NCBI RefSeq assembly: GCF_037042905.1
Contig: NC_087251.1
Coordinates: 48,982,001 to 49,042,000, forward strand
Length of the DNA stretch: 60,000 nucleotides
DNA from: Lytechinus pictus
Lineage: Eukaryota
Direction: 5' to 3'
Below the pieces are notes generated by a model. The model was not told the DNA's origin, searched no databases, and was given only the letters and a program-made list of their open reading frames with translations. Position numbers and translations under genes: made by a program. This document shows positions 37,434-51,700 of the stretch, piece by piece. Within the stretch, counting starts at the first letter, position 1. The number at the start of each line of letters is the position of its first letter.

Positions 37434-39569
37434 TTAAATAATGAAACATTCCATATTATTTTCATGCCAGAAAAAATTAAATGTTACAACTACGTCCGGA
37501 AAAAAGGCTGAATTGATTTGAAATTGTAGACGGTCGCAAGACTGTGCCAACATTAAAACCAATTAGACCTTTTTTGAAACATTAAACATCCATTATTTGG
37601 ATTTTCTATGTTTTGACTTTTCAAACATCAGTTAATGATTTCATTGCACCGTATCACATGTTATTGAGCTTTCGTGATTCTAAAATATACAAAATGCCTG
37701 AATGCATTTCTAAGGGGCATCAATGGAGACTTTGACTCTCATCACACTCAATAGCATCAACTGAATTTTAAACCTTAATCATAGGAATTTTCAGGTGGGG
37801 GCCCAGGCCCCCCCTATTGGCGGAGCAAAAAAAGGAGAAAAAAAGAAAAAAAAGGAGGGAAAAGAGAGGAGAAAAAAGAAGAGAAGGAAGACGAGTGAAT
37901 AGAATAAGATGAGGGGAAGACTTGGAAAATAAAAAGAATCTTTCATGTCACTATAGAATTTTTGCTCGCGCTCGCATTGCCTGTTAGTGTTAGGTAATTT
38001 TCATGTCTTGTTCAATATGGAGTTTAAATATCAAGTTTGGAAGTAAATATACAAAACATATTTCATCTCGGAAATCGAACTTTCATTATTTTGTGTGATT
38101 TACCTATTGATTTTAGAAAGTGCTCTGTAAAAATGACAGTTTTATGGTCTGAATGTTAACATTTTCTGCGTGCTCGCAAATTTTGATTTATCAGGTACCT
38201 ATTATTTTCTTGTATTCCATATTCCAGATTACAATATCAAAAATTTTTTGCTCGCGCTTTGTGCTCGCATTATTAATGTACGAAGATCCCCTATTACTCA
38301 TTCTTTTCATCATGATTTACAAAACATGAATAGAGTGTCCCATTTTTAGGTCTAAATCTCAATTTTCATTCCGCTCGCGCTCGCATCAGTTGTTTAGTTA
38401 TATAGCTATCCTGTTCACGATTATACAAATTGATTAAAATTTGCCATTCTTTATGCAGAAATGTCAAATTTTTCAGCTTGTGCTTCGCGCTCGCATTATT
38501 AGAATGTTGAAATATATGTAACGTCTTTATCGCTAATTATATACAAGCAGTCCTTAACAGGTATTTTTTCGATCAGTTCAAAACGTATATAAAAATTTTC
38601 TGCTCGCGCTCTGCGCTCGCATTATATGTAAGGAAGATCCCCAATTACTCATCCTTTTCATGATGTACAAAACAATAGATGTCTCGTTCAGTAGGTCTAA
38701 ATCTCGAAATTTTCCGCTCACGCTTCGCGCTTGCATTAATTGTTTAGTTCTATACATATTCTGTTTAAGGACGTTCCACAGTTATGTTTATGCGCATCAT
38801 GATCTGCGCATATTTCACACACTACGCGCTGACGTCACAATAGATGAACAGGTCATTGATCAGCTGTAGGTATGAGCTGGTTGTTCTCCTTATCTGCACT
38901 AACATCAGATCCGATGTGTTATTTTATGAAGCTAATAAACTGGAATTATTGCTTGGACAAATTTGTAAATTCCTCTACAGTTTCAAAATACTTTATTCTG
39001 TAGTGCTGCAAAGTATGACGAATACATGGACGGATATGACCCCGAGTTTGAATAAAATGTAGAGTGGTTTGGAAATATTTCTCCTCACAATACAAAGCTT
39101 TTCGGCGCGTTTTAGGGGGTTTAGTAAGCACATTTGCTATAATAAAAGGGCTGATTAGTTTGAAAACAAGCACATGAACCCATATTTTTTAATGTTTGCA
39201 CCTCTAAGTTATACCTTCCTCTACAACTTTGCAAAATTTGGTGAAAATGACATGGGTTTTGAATAAAGTGCAGCATTTCTTGTACTTCTACCAAATTTCA
39301 CATTCTTTGAGGTTGAGTTTTCATTGTCTTTCGTGCAATCTCTGAGAATTGAGAATGCTGTTAAACTTAAAAGAGCAAATACCAATATAAATAGATTATC
39401 CATCATAAGGATACAATTATTAATTATATAATGCGAAATTTGATGAAATTTTTATGGATTTTGACTGAGTAAGAGAGCTTTAAACTCTTTGTTGTGATCT
39501 CGTGAGGTCTAAAAATGCCAGTCTTTTGAATGCACAATTCTTAAGAACATCCATGTGGGTGAACTACGA

Positions 39570-41700
39570 AGCTCTATAGCAAAAAATCAAGCACATGGAC
39601 CCATCTTAATTTTTACATATTTGAAATATTCAGGTGCTAAACTATCCATGTGCAAAGTATGATGAAAATGACATGGATTTTCAATGTTTTACAGCAAGAC
39701 CACGGAACCATTCGCATTTTAGACAGTCAATATTATAAAACTTTTGCTTGCTCCTGTTTTCGGCGCATTTTAGGCGATTTTCAAGCCAACTCGCAATATT
39801 TTGGACACTGACAACGAGCACATGGCCCTATATTTTCAATATTCTAACGTCTCCAGAATAAATTCCTCTACAAATCTAGAGAGTAAGATGAAAATGACAT
39901 GGATTTTTAGTGTTTGGGAGCAGAACTACGGAACCATTCGTATTTTAGACATTAATTGGACGGTATGTTAGACTTTTGCCAGTTTTAGGCGCATTTTAGA
40001 CTGTTTCAAGCCAACTCGCAATATTTTGGTCACTGATAATTTAAAAACGAGCACATGGACCCCTTATTTTTATTACTTTAACGCCTTCAGAATATATTTC
40101 TTTATTCATCTAGAGATCATGATGAAAATGAGATGGATTTTGAATGTTTGGGAGCAGAACTACGGAACCATTCATATTTCAGACATTTTGGACGGTATAT
40201 TATCAGACTTTTGCCGGTTTCCGGCGCATTTTGTGCTATTTCAAGCCTACTCGCAACACTTTAAACAGTGGTGGTTTAAAAACGAGCACATGGACCCCAT
40301 ATTTTTAATATTTTAAGGCCTTTAAAAAATGTTCCTCTACATTTCTAGAGAGTATGATTAAAATGACATGGATTTTGAACGTTTGGGAGCGAAATATAGA
40401 ACCATTCGCATTTTAGACGGTATATTATCAAGCTTTTGCTTGCTCATGTTTTCGGCTGTTTCAAGCCAAGTCGCAATATTTTGGACACTGAAAGTTTAAA
40501 AACGAGCACATGGACCCCTTATTTTTATTATTTTAACGCCTTCAGAATATATTTCTTTATTCATCTAGAGATCATGATGAAAATGAGATGGATTTTGAAT
40601 GTTTGGGAGCAGAACTACGGAACCATTCGTATTTTAGACATTTTGGACGGTATATTATCAGACTTTTGCCGGTTTCCGGCGCATTTTGTGCTATTTCAAG
40701 CCTACTCGCAACACTTTAAACAGTGGTGGTTTAAAAACGAGCACATGGACCCCATATTTTTGATATTTTAAGGCCTTTAAAAAATGTTCCTCTACAATTC
40801 TAGAGAGTATGATTAAAATGACATGGATTTTTAACGTTTGGGAGCGAAATATGGAACCATTCGCATTTTAGACGGTATATTATCAAGCTTTTGCTTGCTC
40901 ATGTTTTCGGCTGTTTCAAGCCAAGTCGCAATATTTTGGACACTGAAAGTTTAAAAACGAGCACATGGACCCCTTATTTTTATTATTTTAACGCCTTCAG
41001 AATATATTTCTTTATTCATCTAGAGATCATGATGAAAATGAGATGGATTTTGAATGTTTGGGAGCAGAACTACGGAACCATTCGTATTTTAGACATTTTG
41101 GACGGTATATTATCAGACTTTTGCCGGTTTCCGGCGCATTTTGTGCTATTTCAAGCCTACTCGCAACACTTTAAACAGTGATGGTTTAAAAACGAGCACA
41201 TGGACCCCATATTTTTAATATTTTAACACCTTCAGAATATATTTCCCTACAAATCTGGAGAGTATGATGAAAATGACATGGATTTTGAATGTTTCGGAGC
41301 GTAATATGGAACCATTTGCATTCTTTAGGGTATTAAGAGACTTTTGCATGTTTTCGGCGCATTTTAGGCGATTTTCAAGCCAACTCGGAACATTTTGGAC
41401 ACTGATAACTTAAAAACGAGCACATGGACCCCATATTTTTAATATTTTAACGGCTTTAGAAAATATTCCTCTACAAATTTAGAGAGTATGATGAAAATGA
41501 CATGGATTTTGAATGTTTGGGAGCAAAACTACGGAAACATTCGCATTGTAGACGGTATATTATCAGACTTTTGCACATTTTCGGCGCATTTTAGGTGATT
41601 TTCATGCCAACTCGCAACACTTTGGACACTCATAGTTACAAAACGAGCACATGGACCCTATATTTTTAACTTCCCTACATCTTCCATATACATTCCTCTA
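39570..41700. repeat. Tandem satellite, ~220-235-bp monomer, 455-bp dimeric higher-order repeat
   Basis: Anchor AAAACGAGCACATGGACCC recurs at ~39583, 39812, 40043, 40278, 40498, 40733, 40953, 41188, 41412 and 41639. Confidence 0.92.
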
Positions 41701-41707
41701 CAGTTAA

Positions 41708-42311
41708 AGGACAAGTCCACCCCAACAAAAAGTTGATTTGAAAAAAGGGGGAAAAATCCAACAAGCAAAACACTGAAAATTTCATCAAAATCGGATGGAA
41801 AATAAGAAAGTTATGACATTTTAAAGTTTCGCTTAATTTCACAAAACAGTTATATGCACATCCTGGTCGGTATGCAAATTGGCAGACTGATGACGTCACC
41901 CACTCACTATTTCTTTTGTATTTTATTATATGAAATATGAAATATTATAATTTTCTCCTCCTCGCCAAGTGAAACAAAGTTTTATTTCTCCCTGAACATG
42001 TGGAATTACCATTATTTTAACAGTTTATGGTTAAGTCAAGTTGGTCCTTAATGTCAAATCTGTAAAAATTGAAATATTGTATTATTCAAACAATAAAAAA
42101 CAAAAGAAATAGTGAGTGATGGACATCATCGACTCTCTCATTTGCATATCGCTGATTTGTGCATTTAACTGTTTTGTGAAAAATAAGCGAAACTTAAAAA
42201 TGTCATAACTTTCTTATTTTACATCCGATTTCGATGAAATTTGCAGCGTTATGTTTGTGTGATTTTTCTCTATCGCTTCAAATCAACAATTTTCTGTGGT
42301 GGACTTGACCT
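41708..42311. mobile_element. Kolobok-like MITE nested in the satellite
   Basis: TIR AGGACAAGTCCAC / GTGGACTTGACCT. TTAA at 41704-41707 and 42312-42315. Confidence 0.85.
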
Positions 42312-43619
42312 TTAAGCTGAATTTGATGAAAATGACATGGGTTTTGAAAAAAGTGCAGCTTACAAAATACTTTTTTAATTTTTGAGTAGATTCACGTCTT
42401 TGAAGATTTGTTTTTTCTGAGTTTTTGCACCATTCTTGCCAAATGAGGGTGCTGCTGACTCCAAATAGATATAGTTTTACCAATTAAAAGACTTTCTCTT
42501 ACTTTGGTATACACTTTTTTGTATATCTTGAAAATTTGATGAAGTTTGATGCGGTATCCACTGAGTAAAGATGATTTAAACTCATTTGGTGAATTCGTGA
42601 GGTCTAAGAGAGGCATAATTCTCATGATTGCGCAACATTTAATATCATTCAAATACGTAGAAAAGAAATAAGCACATTAACCTATATTATTTTTTGCATT
42701 TTCATGCTGCATAGATACCAAAGTTACTCTCTGCAAAATTCGGTGAAGATGACATGGGATTCATTTTAACTGAGGAACGTCCTTAAGTTATAAAAGTGCT
42801 TAGAATCTCCATTCTTTAGATAAAAATGTCAAAAAATTTCAGCTCACGCTTCGCGCTCGCATTATTTGATGTTTAAAATATGTAACGTCTTCATGGCTAA
42901 CTGTATGCAGTCTTAAACAGGTACCTTTTCCATCAGTTTATTACTGCTTGCGTTCATATAGTTGCATACACATCTTTTTCAGGATAACAAAAATTGCCCA
43001 GAATGTTGAAATTTTAGGAAAAATACATAAGATTGCCCAAAAAAAAATTAGCTCGCACTTCGTGCTCGCATTATATAAATAAGGATTATGATATTATATA
43101 TTTATGTTGATTTGTAAGAATAAAGCTAAGAAGTGACTGTTAGGACTACCCCTTCAAAGAAACCAAAAATCATCTTCGATCGGGGAAAATATGGCTGGAA
43201 AAAAAATCCAGGCCCCCCCCCCCCCCCCCCTATTGGCGAAGGCTGGATCCACCCCTGTTAATGATAAATAGCAAATTACTGAAAATATAATGCTCTACAG
43301 ATGATCTTCACTTGATATATAAAAAGATTTTATTAATGTACACTCATGACAGTTTTGCTAAACAATATATGCAACAAATACTCCCATTGTCTTCCACTGA
43401 CTACAGGATTAAAAATAAGAAGGCTTATAACTTTCTTATTTTCATACAAAATTACAAATTAGACTTCCATTACAATGAATAATGAATCAAAATTATTATG
43501 GACATTTGATGCATTCTCATGAATTTTGATTCAAAAGATTAACAATTTCATTTTTTCTTAATCAAACAGATGAGAAACAGATTAAATGCAGTAAAAAAAT
43601 TGCAAACCTTTAATAGACC

Positions 43620-43785
43620 CAGTGGGTGTTTCATAAAGCTGTTCGTAAGAGTTAACGCATGACTGGCGATCCTTTCTTGTGCTATGTGATATCCCTATAT
43701 AATTGATTTATGACCTAAGAATATGTTCCAATCGTGCGTAAAGTTATGCGTAACTTTACGAACAGCTTTATGAAACACCCACCTG
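43620..43785. mobile_element. Harbinger-type MITE
   Basis: GTGGGTGTTTCATAAAGCTGTTCGTAA inverted at both ends. Confidence 0.7.
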
Positions 43786-44757
43786 GTTATGGGTCAGTTA
43801 GTCAACAAAAACAAATTCAAACATGCTGTTTTGAACTCTGAAACCTGTATTGCTTTATCACATCATTCCCCTCCCCTTACATTTAAAGTATACGTACATG
43901 AACACGTAAGATGTTTTTCACTTTTTATAACCCATATTTTAGCATTAGTTAACAGCTACATCAGTGGTAACTATCTTGGTAAAAATTGCTTACCAAAACT
44001 ACTGATCCAAAGATCCCTCGAGCCTGTAATTCTTAATAATGCCTTAGCGGATGTGCATAATTTGTATATTAAAAAAACAGAGATATGGATTCTTATCAAA
44101 TGATTGGTTTAAACCTATAAAGTGTCCAGTCATTAATTTTAGATAACAGAAATAATTGCTAATAACTGATACTAATGACCAGTTGTATTAACCGGTCACG
44201 GTTTTGAGACGAGTATGATGTATCAACTAACAAGGATCCATATCATTATCTTATAATGCATACACATCACTTTGCTCAAGGTATTAAAATGATTGCATGC
44301 ACTTCTTACACTTGAACAGTCTACACATCCTCAGCTATGCTTCAGGCATGTTAGATCTGTTAAAAAAGTTACCTTCTACATAATCCTTACTAATGCACTT
44401 GCTGTATTATTTGTTTATTGGTATATCAAATGGGACACTGATACAGCAATGTCGGGAAATAACAAGGTACCATTCCATGAATAGCTTTTCGTAATTTACC
44501 AATGACTGGATTATGAAATGCCAAAGGAGGTGACCATATTTCTGATGTTTTAGCAAAGAATGACAGTATCTTTATCAAATCATAATATATAATAATAGTT
44601 ACATTTATATAACGCTTATTACAATGTTTCTAAGCGCTTCATATTGCAATTATTATTACTTGATTGCTAGGTATATTACATAGGCTTTCACATCCGAACG
44701 GGTACCCATTATGTCAAATAATATCTTTTTGCATCTCTTTTCTATCCAAAATCACAA

Positions 44758-45682
44758 ACAAGTGGAATGCCTCTGGCGGTCTCACCTGCATCACGCGATT
44801 CAATATAGCAGCAGTGCTGACTTTGAAAACTACTGTAACTCGCGCAAGATGTTCAGTGATACTTGGTTACTTTTATGTCCACGTTTTATGAACTAGACCA
44901 ATACACTTACAGAGATATGATGGTAATTCAACAAATACCCCCAACATGGCCAAAGTTCTTTGACCTTGGTCATGTGACCTGAAATGCGCATAGGATGTTC
45001 AGTGATACTTGATTACTCTTATGTCCAAGTTTTATGAACTAGACCAATATACTTTCAAAGTTATGATGGTAATTCAACAAATACCCCCAATTTGGCCAAA
45101 GTTCATTGACCCTAAATGACCTTTGACCTTAATCATGTGACCTGAAACTTGCACAGGATGTTCAGTGATACTTGATTACTATTATGTCCAAGTTTCATGA
45201 ATCAGATCCATAAACTTTCAAATTTATGATGGTAATTCAACAGATACCCCCATTCGGCCAAAGTTCATCGACCCTAAATGACCTTTGACCTTGGTCATGT
45301 GACGTGAAACTCATTCAGGATGTTCAGTGATACGTGTTTAACCTTATGTCCAAGTTTCATGAACTAGGTCAATATATTTTCTAAGTTATGATGACATTTC
45401 AAAAACTTAACCTTAGGTTAAGATTTTGATGTTGATTCCCCCAACATGGTCTAAGTTCATGGACCCTAAATGACCTTGGTCATGTGACATGAAACTCAGG
45501 CAGGATGTTCAGTAATACTTGATTAACCTTATGGCCAAGTTTCATGAACTAGGTCCATATACTTTCTAAGTTATGCTGTCATTTCAAAAACTTAACCTTC
45601 GATTAAGATTTGGTGTTGACGTTGCCGCCGCCGCCGTCGGAAAAGCGGCGCCTATAGTCTCACTCTGCTATGCAGGAGAGAC
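44758..45682. mobile_element. Helentron-associated (DINE/HINE-like) non-autonomous element with internal tandem repeats
   Basis: Subterminal IR GTCTCACCTGCAT / ATGCAGGAGAGAC, terminal hairpin, (GCC)n microsatellite, ~5 internal TGACCT-rich repeats of 145-185 bp, A-rich insertion site. Confidence 0.7.
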
Positions 45683-45798
45683 AAAAATTAAATTTTTGCT
45701 TAAACATATGATTCAATGGTCTGAAATATAAATATCTTGTCATACTGAGTTCCCTCATAAATTATTTGTATGGAAATAAAAAGTAACCTGCTGCCACT

Positions 45799-48700
45799 TC
45801 ATATTCTGACAATTTCCACTGCAGTCCTCTTCCCGGCTTTGTTATCGTTCGCCTCATCATTCTTTGGACCAGTATCTTTTATCACTAGTCTAGCATAAGT
45901 CCCGCCGACTTGACCGCTGGTCAACAGGCCAGGATTGATGCACACAGCACCTTCAATTTCCTTGTAAAGAATAGAAAATAAATGGGGAATTTGTTATGAA
46001 CCAGTTTCAATCACCATTGCAAAACTGATGTTATACCACTCTTGTATAGAACTTATATCATATAATCCTTTTCTTTATTATCTAAATCATACCTCTTAAG
46101 GTTTACCTTACTTTCTCAAGGACCTAGATCAAACAGATATCAAGTTGAATGTAACCCTTACAGTTGATTGAACAAGTTTAGATGTAGTATATCATCCAAC
46201 ACTCATCTGCAGATCAGTAATCAATTGGAAGACATTGATATGTGATTTCATTTTCTAAAATCTTATTTCTCATGATAATAAATAAGTTTGAAACCCATCT
46301 ACCACCCCTGTCCCGCCTGCCTACCCCCCCCCCTCCCCACAAAAAACCCCTACTTTCCTGTTTGCTTACCTTCACAAAGTAGCGCAACCGAGACGGGCAG
46401 ATGAAGATGTGTGGAGCGCACCCCATCTTTCCGTACTGGGAGAATTTTTCGTAGTCTATCGGAATCTCCTCGGACGGCGGGTATAGAGGGTAGAAGTTCT
46501 GTTGGCTGAGGATGTGACGAACGAGACGGCCCAGACGGTCGGATGAACCAGGAGGACTGAAAACACAAAGATTCATTTATTTTAAATCCTTGTTTCTAAA
46601 GGATTTAGCAGAGAATGAGTTTGCCATGTACTTTTCAACAATTAATGAATTCTGCAGGATTTGGAACTTTTGATTGCAAATTACACCAAAAAATAAGCAT
46701 GAAATTTATTTCATGAAAAACAATGTCTAGGGAACTGCATGTTAATATTAAATGCTAGGTATGTACCAATATGAGTGTCCTTGTTTCTGTCGTGAACCCT
46801 CTCAGTCTATCTTTATTCTTTAGCTGCAGCCAACCCTTCATTTTGTGCTGGATCACCGATGCATATACAGCTGATGCCCTGCTATTGCAGGAGCTGTGGA
46901 GGCTGCTGAATAGCCAGCCAGCCAGCTAAAGGTAGCTAGCATACACGCATCGTGGGCGCAAGGCCGACCGCGTGACCACTGCGAACGGATGTTTCATAGC
47001 AGTGGTGTTCGGAGCAAGGACTAACGGCTTCTGAGCGAAACATAGTATTTGGGGAACAAACATTGAGGTCTGAAAGGGGGGACTTGCCTCAACCACCCTG
47101 TATCACAGATCTAGAATACAATATCCGATAATCATTATCGCAATACTGTCCTAGGAAGAAAGGACAATCTTGAAAAGCCATCCATGATATACAGTGACAT
47201 CATATTTGCAAGTTTTTCCTTTGGGAGGTTGTTCTTTATCGACAAGTTCTATCCTGAAGTAAATACTTTTCCATGACACAGAAAAGTTCACAGAATTCAT
47301 GGAACTTTATGGAAAACACAATTTTTCAGGTCACAAATTTGAATTCCGAAATGTAAAGTGAATATCATGACATCAAAGCAAATCCAATAAAACAAATTTG
47401 TGCATCCGTGGAAAATCTGCCCATCAAACCTCTTTGCAGCATTTAGCATGTGTTCACCATGCTTATTAATCTGAATACAGTGCAGATTATTATCACGAAA
47501 TGTTGCTTTTTCCTTAGCTTTTTCCTTTTATAATTACTTAATCATATATTTGTACGTCACCAAACATCACAGAGTTCAATGATTTAGAACAACAAAGAAA
47601 ATGGAATTGGTTGTTTAGATCTCAAAAGAACATGAAATTATTTGTTTAGAACACAGAAGAATGAAGAACCACTTGTTTAGAACACTGAAACACATGGAAT
47701 TACACTTTGGAAAATGAAAAACTGAGAACTTTACTAAATTCTTACCATGAGATCTCTTCTCGACTGAGATGGAATACGATGTCTGTTGAGGTAGATGCTA
47801 TATTGATTCCGTTGATATTAATCATCTCTGGCTCAGCCACAAAATGCACTCTCTATAAAATATGAAACAAACAAGGAAAATATAATAAATCACCTATCTT
47901 GTTAGGTTTCATTCATACTCTTTGGTCTTAAAACACACTTGTAATGTTGCAATGAAATTTTCTACATCTTTGCAATGATGTGTGATGTGTAGATGCAGGA
48001 TTGGCAGGTGTAAGAAAAATGTGGTGGTAAATACTGGTAAATACCACCTCGATAATTTTTTAGGAAAATGAGAAATAGTTGAAAACACAGGGAAATACTA
48101 TGCAATATACCCTTGGAATATCTTCAGGTATTGCCCAGGTGCTTGTCAAGCATATTCTAGCATTTCCCTGTACCTCCCTGTATGTTCATCTTAGGTACTT
48201 CCAAGCATTTACAAGGTTTTTTTTTCCAGTATTTCCCACTGCGGCAGGAAATACCTAAATTGCCAACCCTGCATAGATGTAAAGTCTGCAAAGAGGTTCT
48301 GAGAAGAATAAAGGACTCTAAGTTCAAGTTCATCTTTATTTTAGAACCTGAAATCATTTCCTCCTTTTACCTTTGGTTGGTTCTTGATGTCATTGTAAGG
48401 TGGTTGAGGATAGATGAAGTGATGATGAGCATCTCTCAAAGATGGCTGGAAGATCAGTTCACAACCAACACTGCAGCAAAAATTAAAATCATTTACATTT
48501 TTTTGTTAATTAATCACTTAATTAGCAAATCTGCAAAAGTGCAAATCAAAGGAAATGATGCAATACGCCAATAACACTTCCCTTTTGAGATAATGCAGGG
48601 AAATAAAATTCTATACAAAAAAAAATTGTTTTTATGATATCATAAAATAATCATCCAAGTCATTAAAAAACATGGACTGGGTGTTTGAAGGAAATCCAAT

Positions 48701-51700
48701 AACAATATTCTTTCAGACTTTAAAAAAAAATACACATGACCAAATTCCACAAAAATTAATTTAACATCATTCATGTATTTATGTTTGATATACAACAAAC
48801 CATTACCATTTCCAAGTTAAGAAGTACAACTTATCGGCATTACTGTACACCACTGCTCTGTGTTTTAAGTTTTATGTAACCAATGAGTTTAGGTTATATT
48901 GATACTTCGTTTTGAATTCTTCAAGGGAGCACCTTGCTAAATAAACTTCTTGAGCTGCTACCCCCTTTTATCTTTTGTACATTTTATATTGAAATATCTG
49001 AAAATAAATGAATTGCATTGAAATCATATCAGTCCCACACGAACCCAATGCTTGCCTTAACTAAGGTAAATAATTTTGTGGGACCTCTTTAATGATATAG
49101 GTCTACAGATATCTGTAAGTCCAAGCTATTTTATCAGCTCGAGCAGATTCAACTTGGGTACTACTTTGACTGCATTACACAAAGTAGCAACTACTTGTCT
49201 TTCAGCTACATACAATCATGGTGTTTGCATTCAAATTCAGAAGACTTTGGAAATTCATCACCTTATCCATCTTTTTTAACTATCTGATGGATATGCAGAT
49301 GGGCATCCAGAAAAAAAAACAAGCTTTCATATTTGAAATATCCTGAATGGACTTTTAATTCCTTGTATCTCAAAATTTAGAAATTTCATGGCAGCTAAAA
49401 ACAAGCTGTATTTTAGAATTACGACTGGTGTCAACCTAGTATTGTCTGTAAACAGTCTCCTAATTCCTGTAGAGAACTCATTCTAGGCAAAAAAAAAGGT
49501 TCCCACTTATGTCATAATTCTAAAATACAGATTTGTATGAGCTGTCCTAAAATTGTTTTGAAGTTTTAGATAAACAACCATCAAGGATATGCAATAGCCA
49601 TAAATAATCAAATTTGTTAATACATTGCATCATAATCTGACTCACTTTTCTGTTTTCCTAATGGTTGCCTGTATGATATCATTGAAGACCTTGTCATAAC
49701 TCTCACCAAGTGATCCATCCTAAATAAAGATTTGAAAAAAAAAAAAAAAAAAAACTAATAATTTCAATGCTCTGAAATTCTCTCAAATATTACCCATATC
49801 AAATAAGAAAACTGTTGCTGAGTGACTTTGGATCGTGTGTGCGTGCTACAAATCTTACAATATTATTGTAAGGGGGTGTTCCCAAAGATTTGAGTCTTGA
49901 CTAAAAAATTACACTTATACGCCACTTTGAATGAGGTATATATTGCATAACAGCATTGGTTACAATCATAGGACCTGCTCTACTGTGTAATTTATTAATA
50001 TTAAAGGAGAATGAAACCCTTGAAACCAGCTGAATCCATATCAAAGAGAAAAATCAAAGAAACATATTGTTGAAAGTTTGAGGAAGATTGAATGAATAAT
50101 AAGAAAGTTATGAGCATTTGAATATTGAGATCACTAATGCCATGTAGATCCTCCCATTGGCAATGCGACCAAGATCTGTGATGTCACACACGTGCAACTC
50201 CCTCATTACTTTAGTACTTATTTCACTTATATTCTCACTTTTATAGATTCTATCACAAGGTGAGGTGTTCTCTTTATGAGAGGACACGTACAGAGGTTTC
50301 ACAACATTATATCATTGATGAATCGTGTCATATGATTAGAAGTGAGCAAAAAGAGATGTTTTGAGGTATATTTTCAGTGTCCAAAAGGGGAGAGTTGTTC
50401 ATCTGTGACATCATAGATCTTGGTCGCATTGCCAATGGGAGGATCTCCATAGCATTAGTGATCTCGACATTCAAATGCTCATAACTCTTCTATTGCTAGT
50501 CCTATTTTACTCAAACTTTTGTTGATCTTATTCTTTGATTTTTCTGCTTTCACAAAAGCTAACTTGCTCCAAGAGTTTCATTCTCCTTTAAGGATAAAAT
50601 ATCATGTGTGTGGCACTAAATCATAAAGTCTTAACTTATTGACCCCCCCCCCCCCCCCCAAATACCTTTAAGCCATTAGATTCACACATCTCTCATTTAA
50701 TCTTCAAGAAAAGTGGGGGTAATAACAATAATTATACATGAGATCTATTTGCAAAACATTTTGAAAATAGTTAGAAAGATGATAAAGGAAAAAATAAGTG
50801 TTAAAAGGAGAGGTGGTCTTCGTGGTGTTACTCTGCATAACCCCTGCATTTCATTTGAGAAATTAAAAATGTTCACTTTTATGTCATGCCCGCCCCCTCC
50901 CCCTTCAAAATATCCTCATACCACTCCTGCTTGCAATATTCACATTCAAATTCTTTTGCTAAAAAGATGCAGAAAGCCAATATTTTGAAAAAAACCTTTT
51001 AATTTTACCGACATCTCAGTCCCATGTCATAAAGAGTGGTTATAGTATCAAATGTACAATTGCTATTACACCATTACTTTCAGCCAATCGGATTGACAGA
51101 TTTCAGTAGCTTTCAACTGTTATTGCAAATTTGTTATTACAACAAGTTTTGAGAAATGGGTCCCAGTTCACCATGAATGTGCTAAGCTATTTTACTGATT
51201 CCTTTTCTTACCTTGATTTGGCTGTGTTCAACATCAACAAAAGGCCCAAGCTATGAACAAGAATGGAAAAAAAATTACATCAATGGTATAAATAGAATTA
51301 GCTGTTTATTTCCACACAACCTATAGCACAGATAATTCTATGTTTACTTGAAGGGTACAGTATTCATTTATCAAACTCAAGTGTGCTGTAATGGTAATGA
51401 AAATGATAAGAATCATACAGTTTTGTTTACATTTGTCAGCTGGTGCTCTTCATAAAATCCTGCTTTCGTTGTTTATCTTATACCCGGATCTAAAGGTCAT
51501 TGTCTCAATCTGATGCAAATTCTATGATTCTCATGTGATACTGAGACATACACCGATCCTCATTCAATACACACAGAGCTGAAAATTCAAGAACTTCCAG
51601 AACAGTAGTTACGAAGTGTAAAATTTATCCCATTGTTTAAGCAAGTCCTATAATAATTATTGACAAATGACGTTGTTGGGGTGTTTTTTCTGAGTATTTA

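Larger units (their letters stand above)
38769..42782. mobile_element. Kolobok-like element carrying an internal satellite array
   Basis: TIR GGACGTTCCACAGTTA / TAACTGAGGAACGTCC. TTAA at 38765-38768 and 42783-42786. Confidence 0.8.
37780..43257. mobile_element. Non-autonomous DNA transposon (CATAGG...CCCCTG, 5-bp TSD) with GCTCGCGCTTCGCGCTCGC motif arrays, carrying nested insertions
   Basis: TTAAT is duplicated at 37775-37779 and 43258-43262. Inverted homolog of 56734-58779. Confidence 0.75.

Noticed and set aside
39570..41700. CRISPR-like array or repeated small genes (ORFs at 40026, 40436, 40891)
   Set aside because: Whole units repeat with no unique spacers, the context is eukaryotic, and there are no cas genes. 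The ORFs just follow the satellite period.
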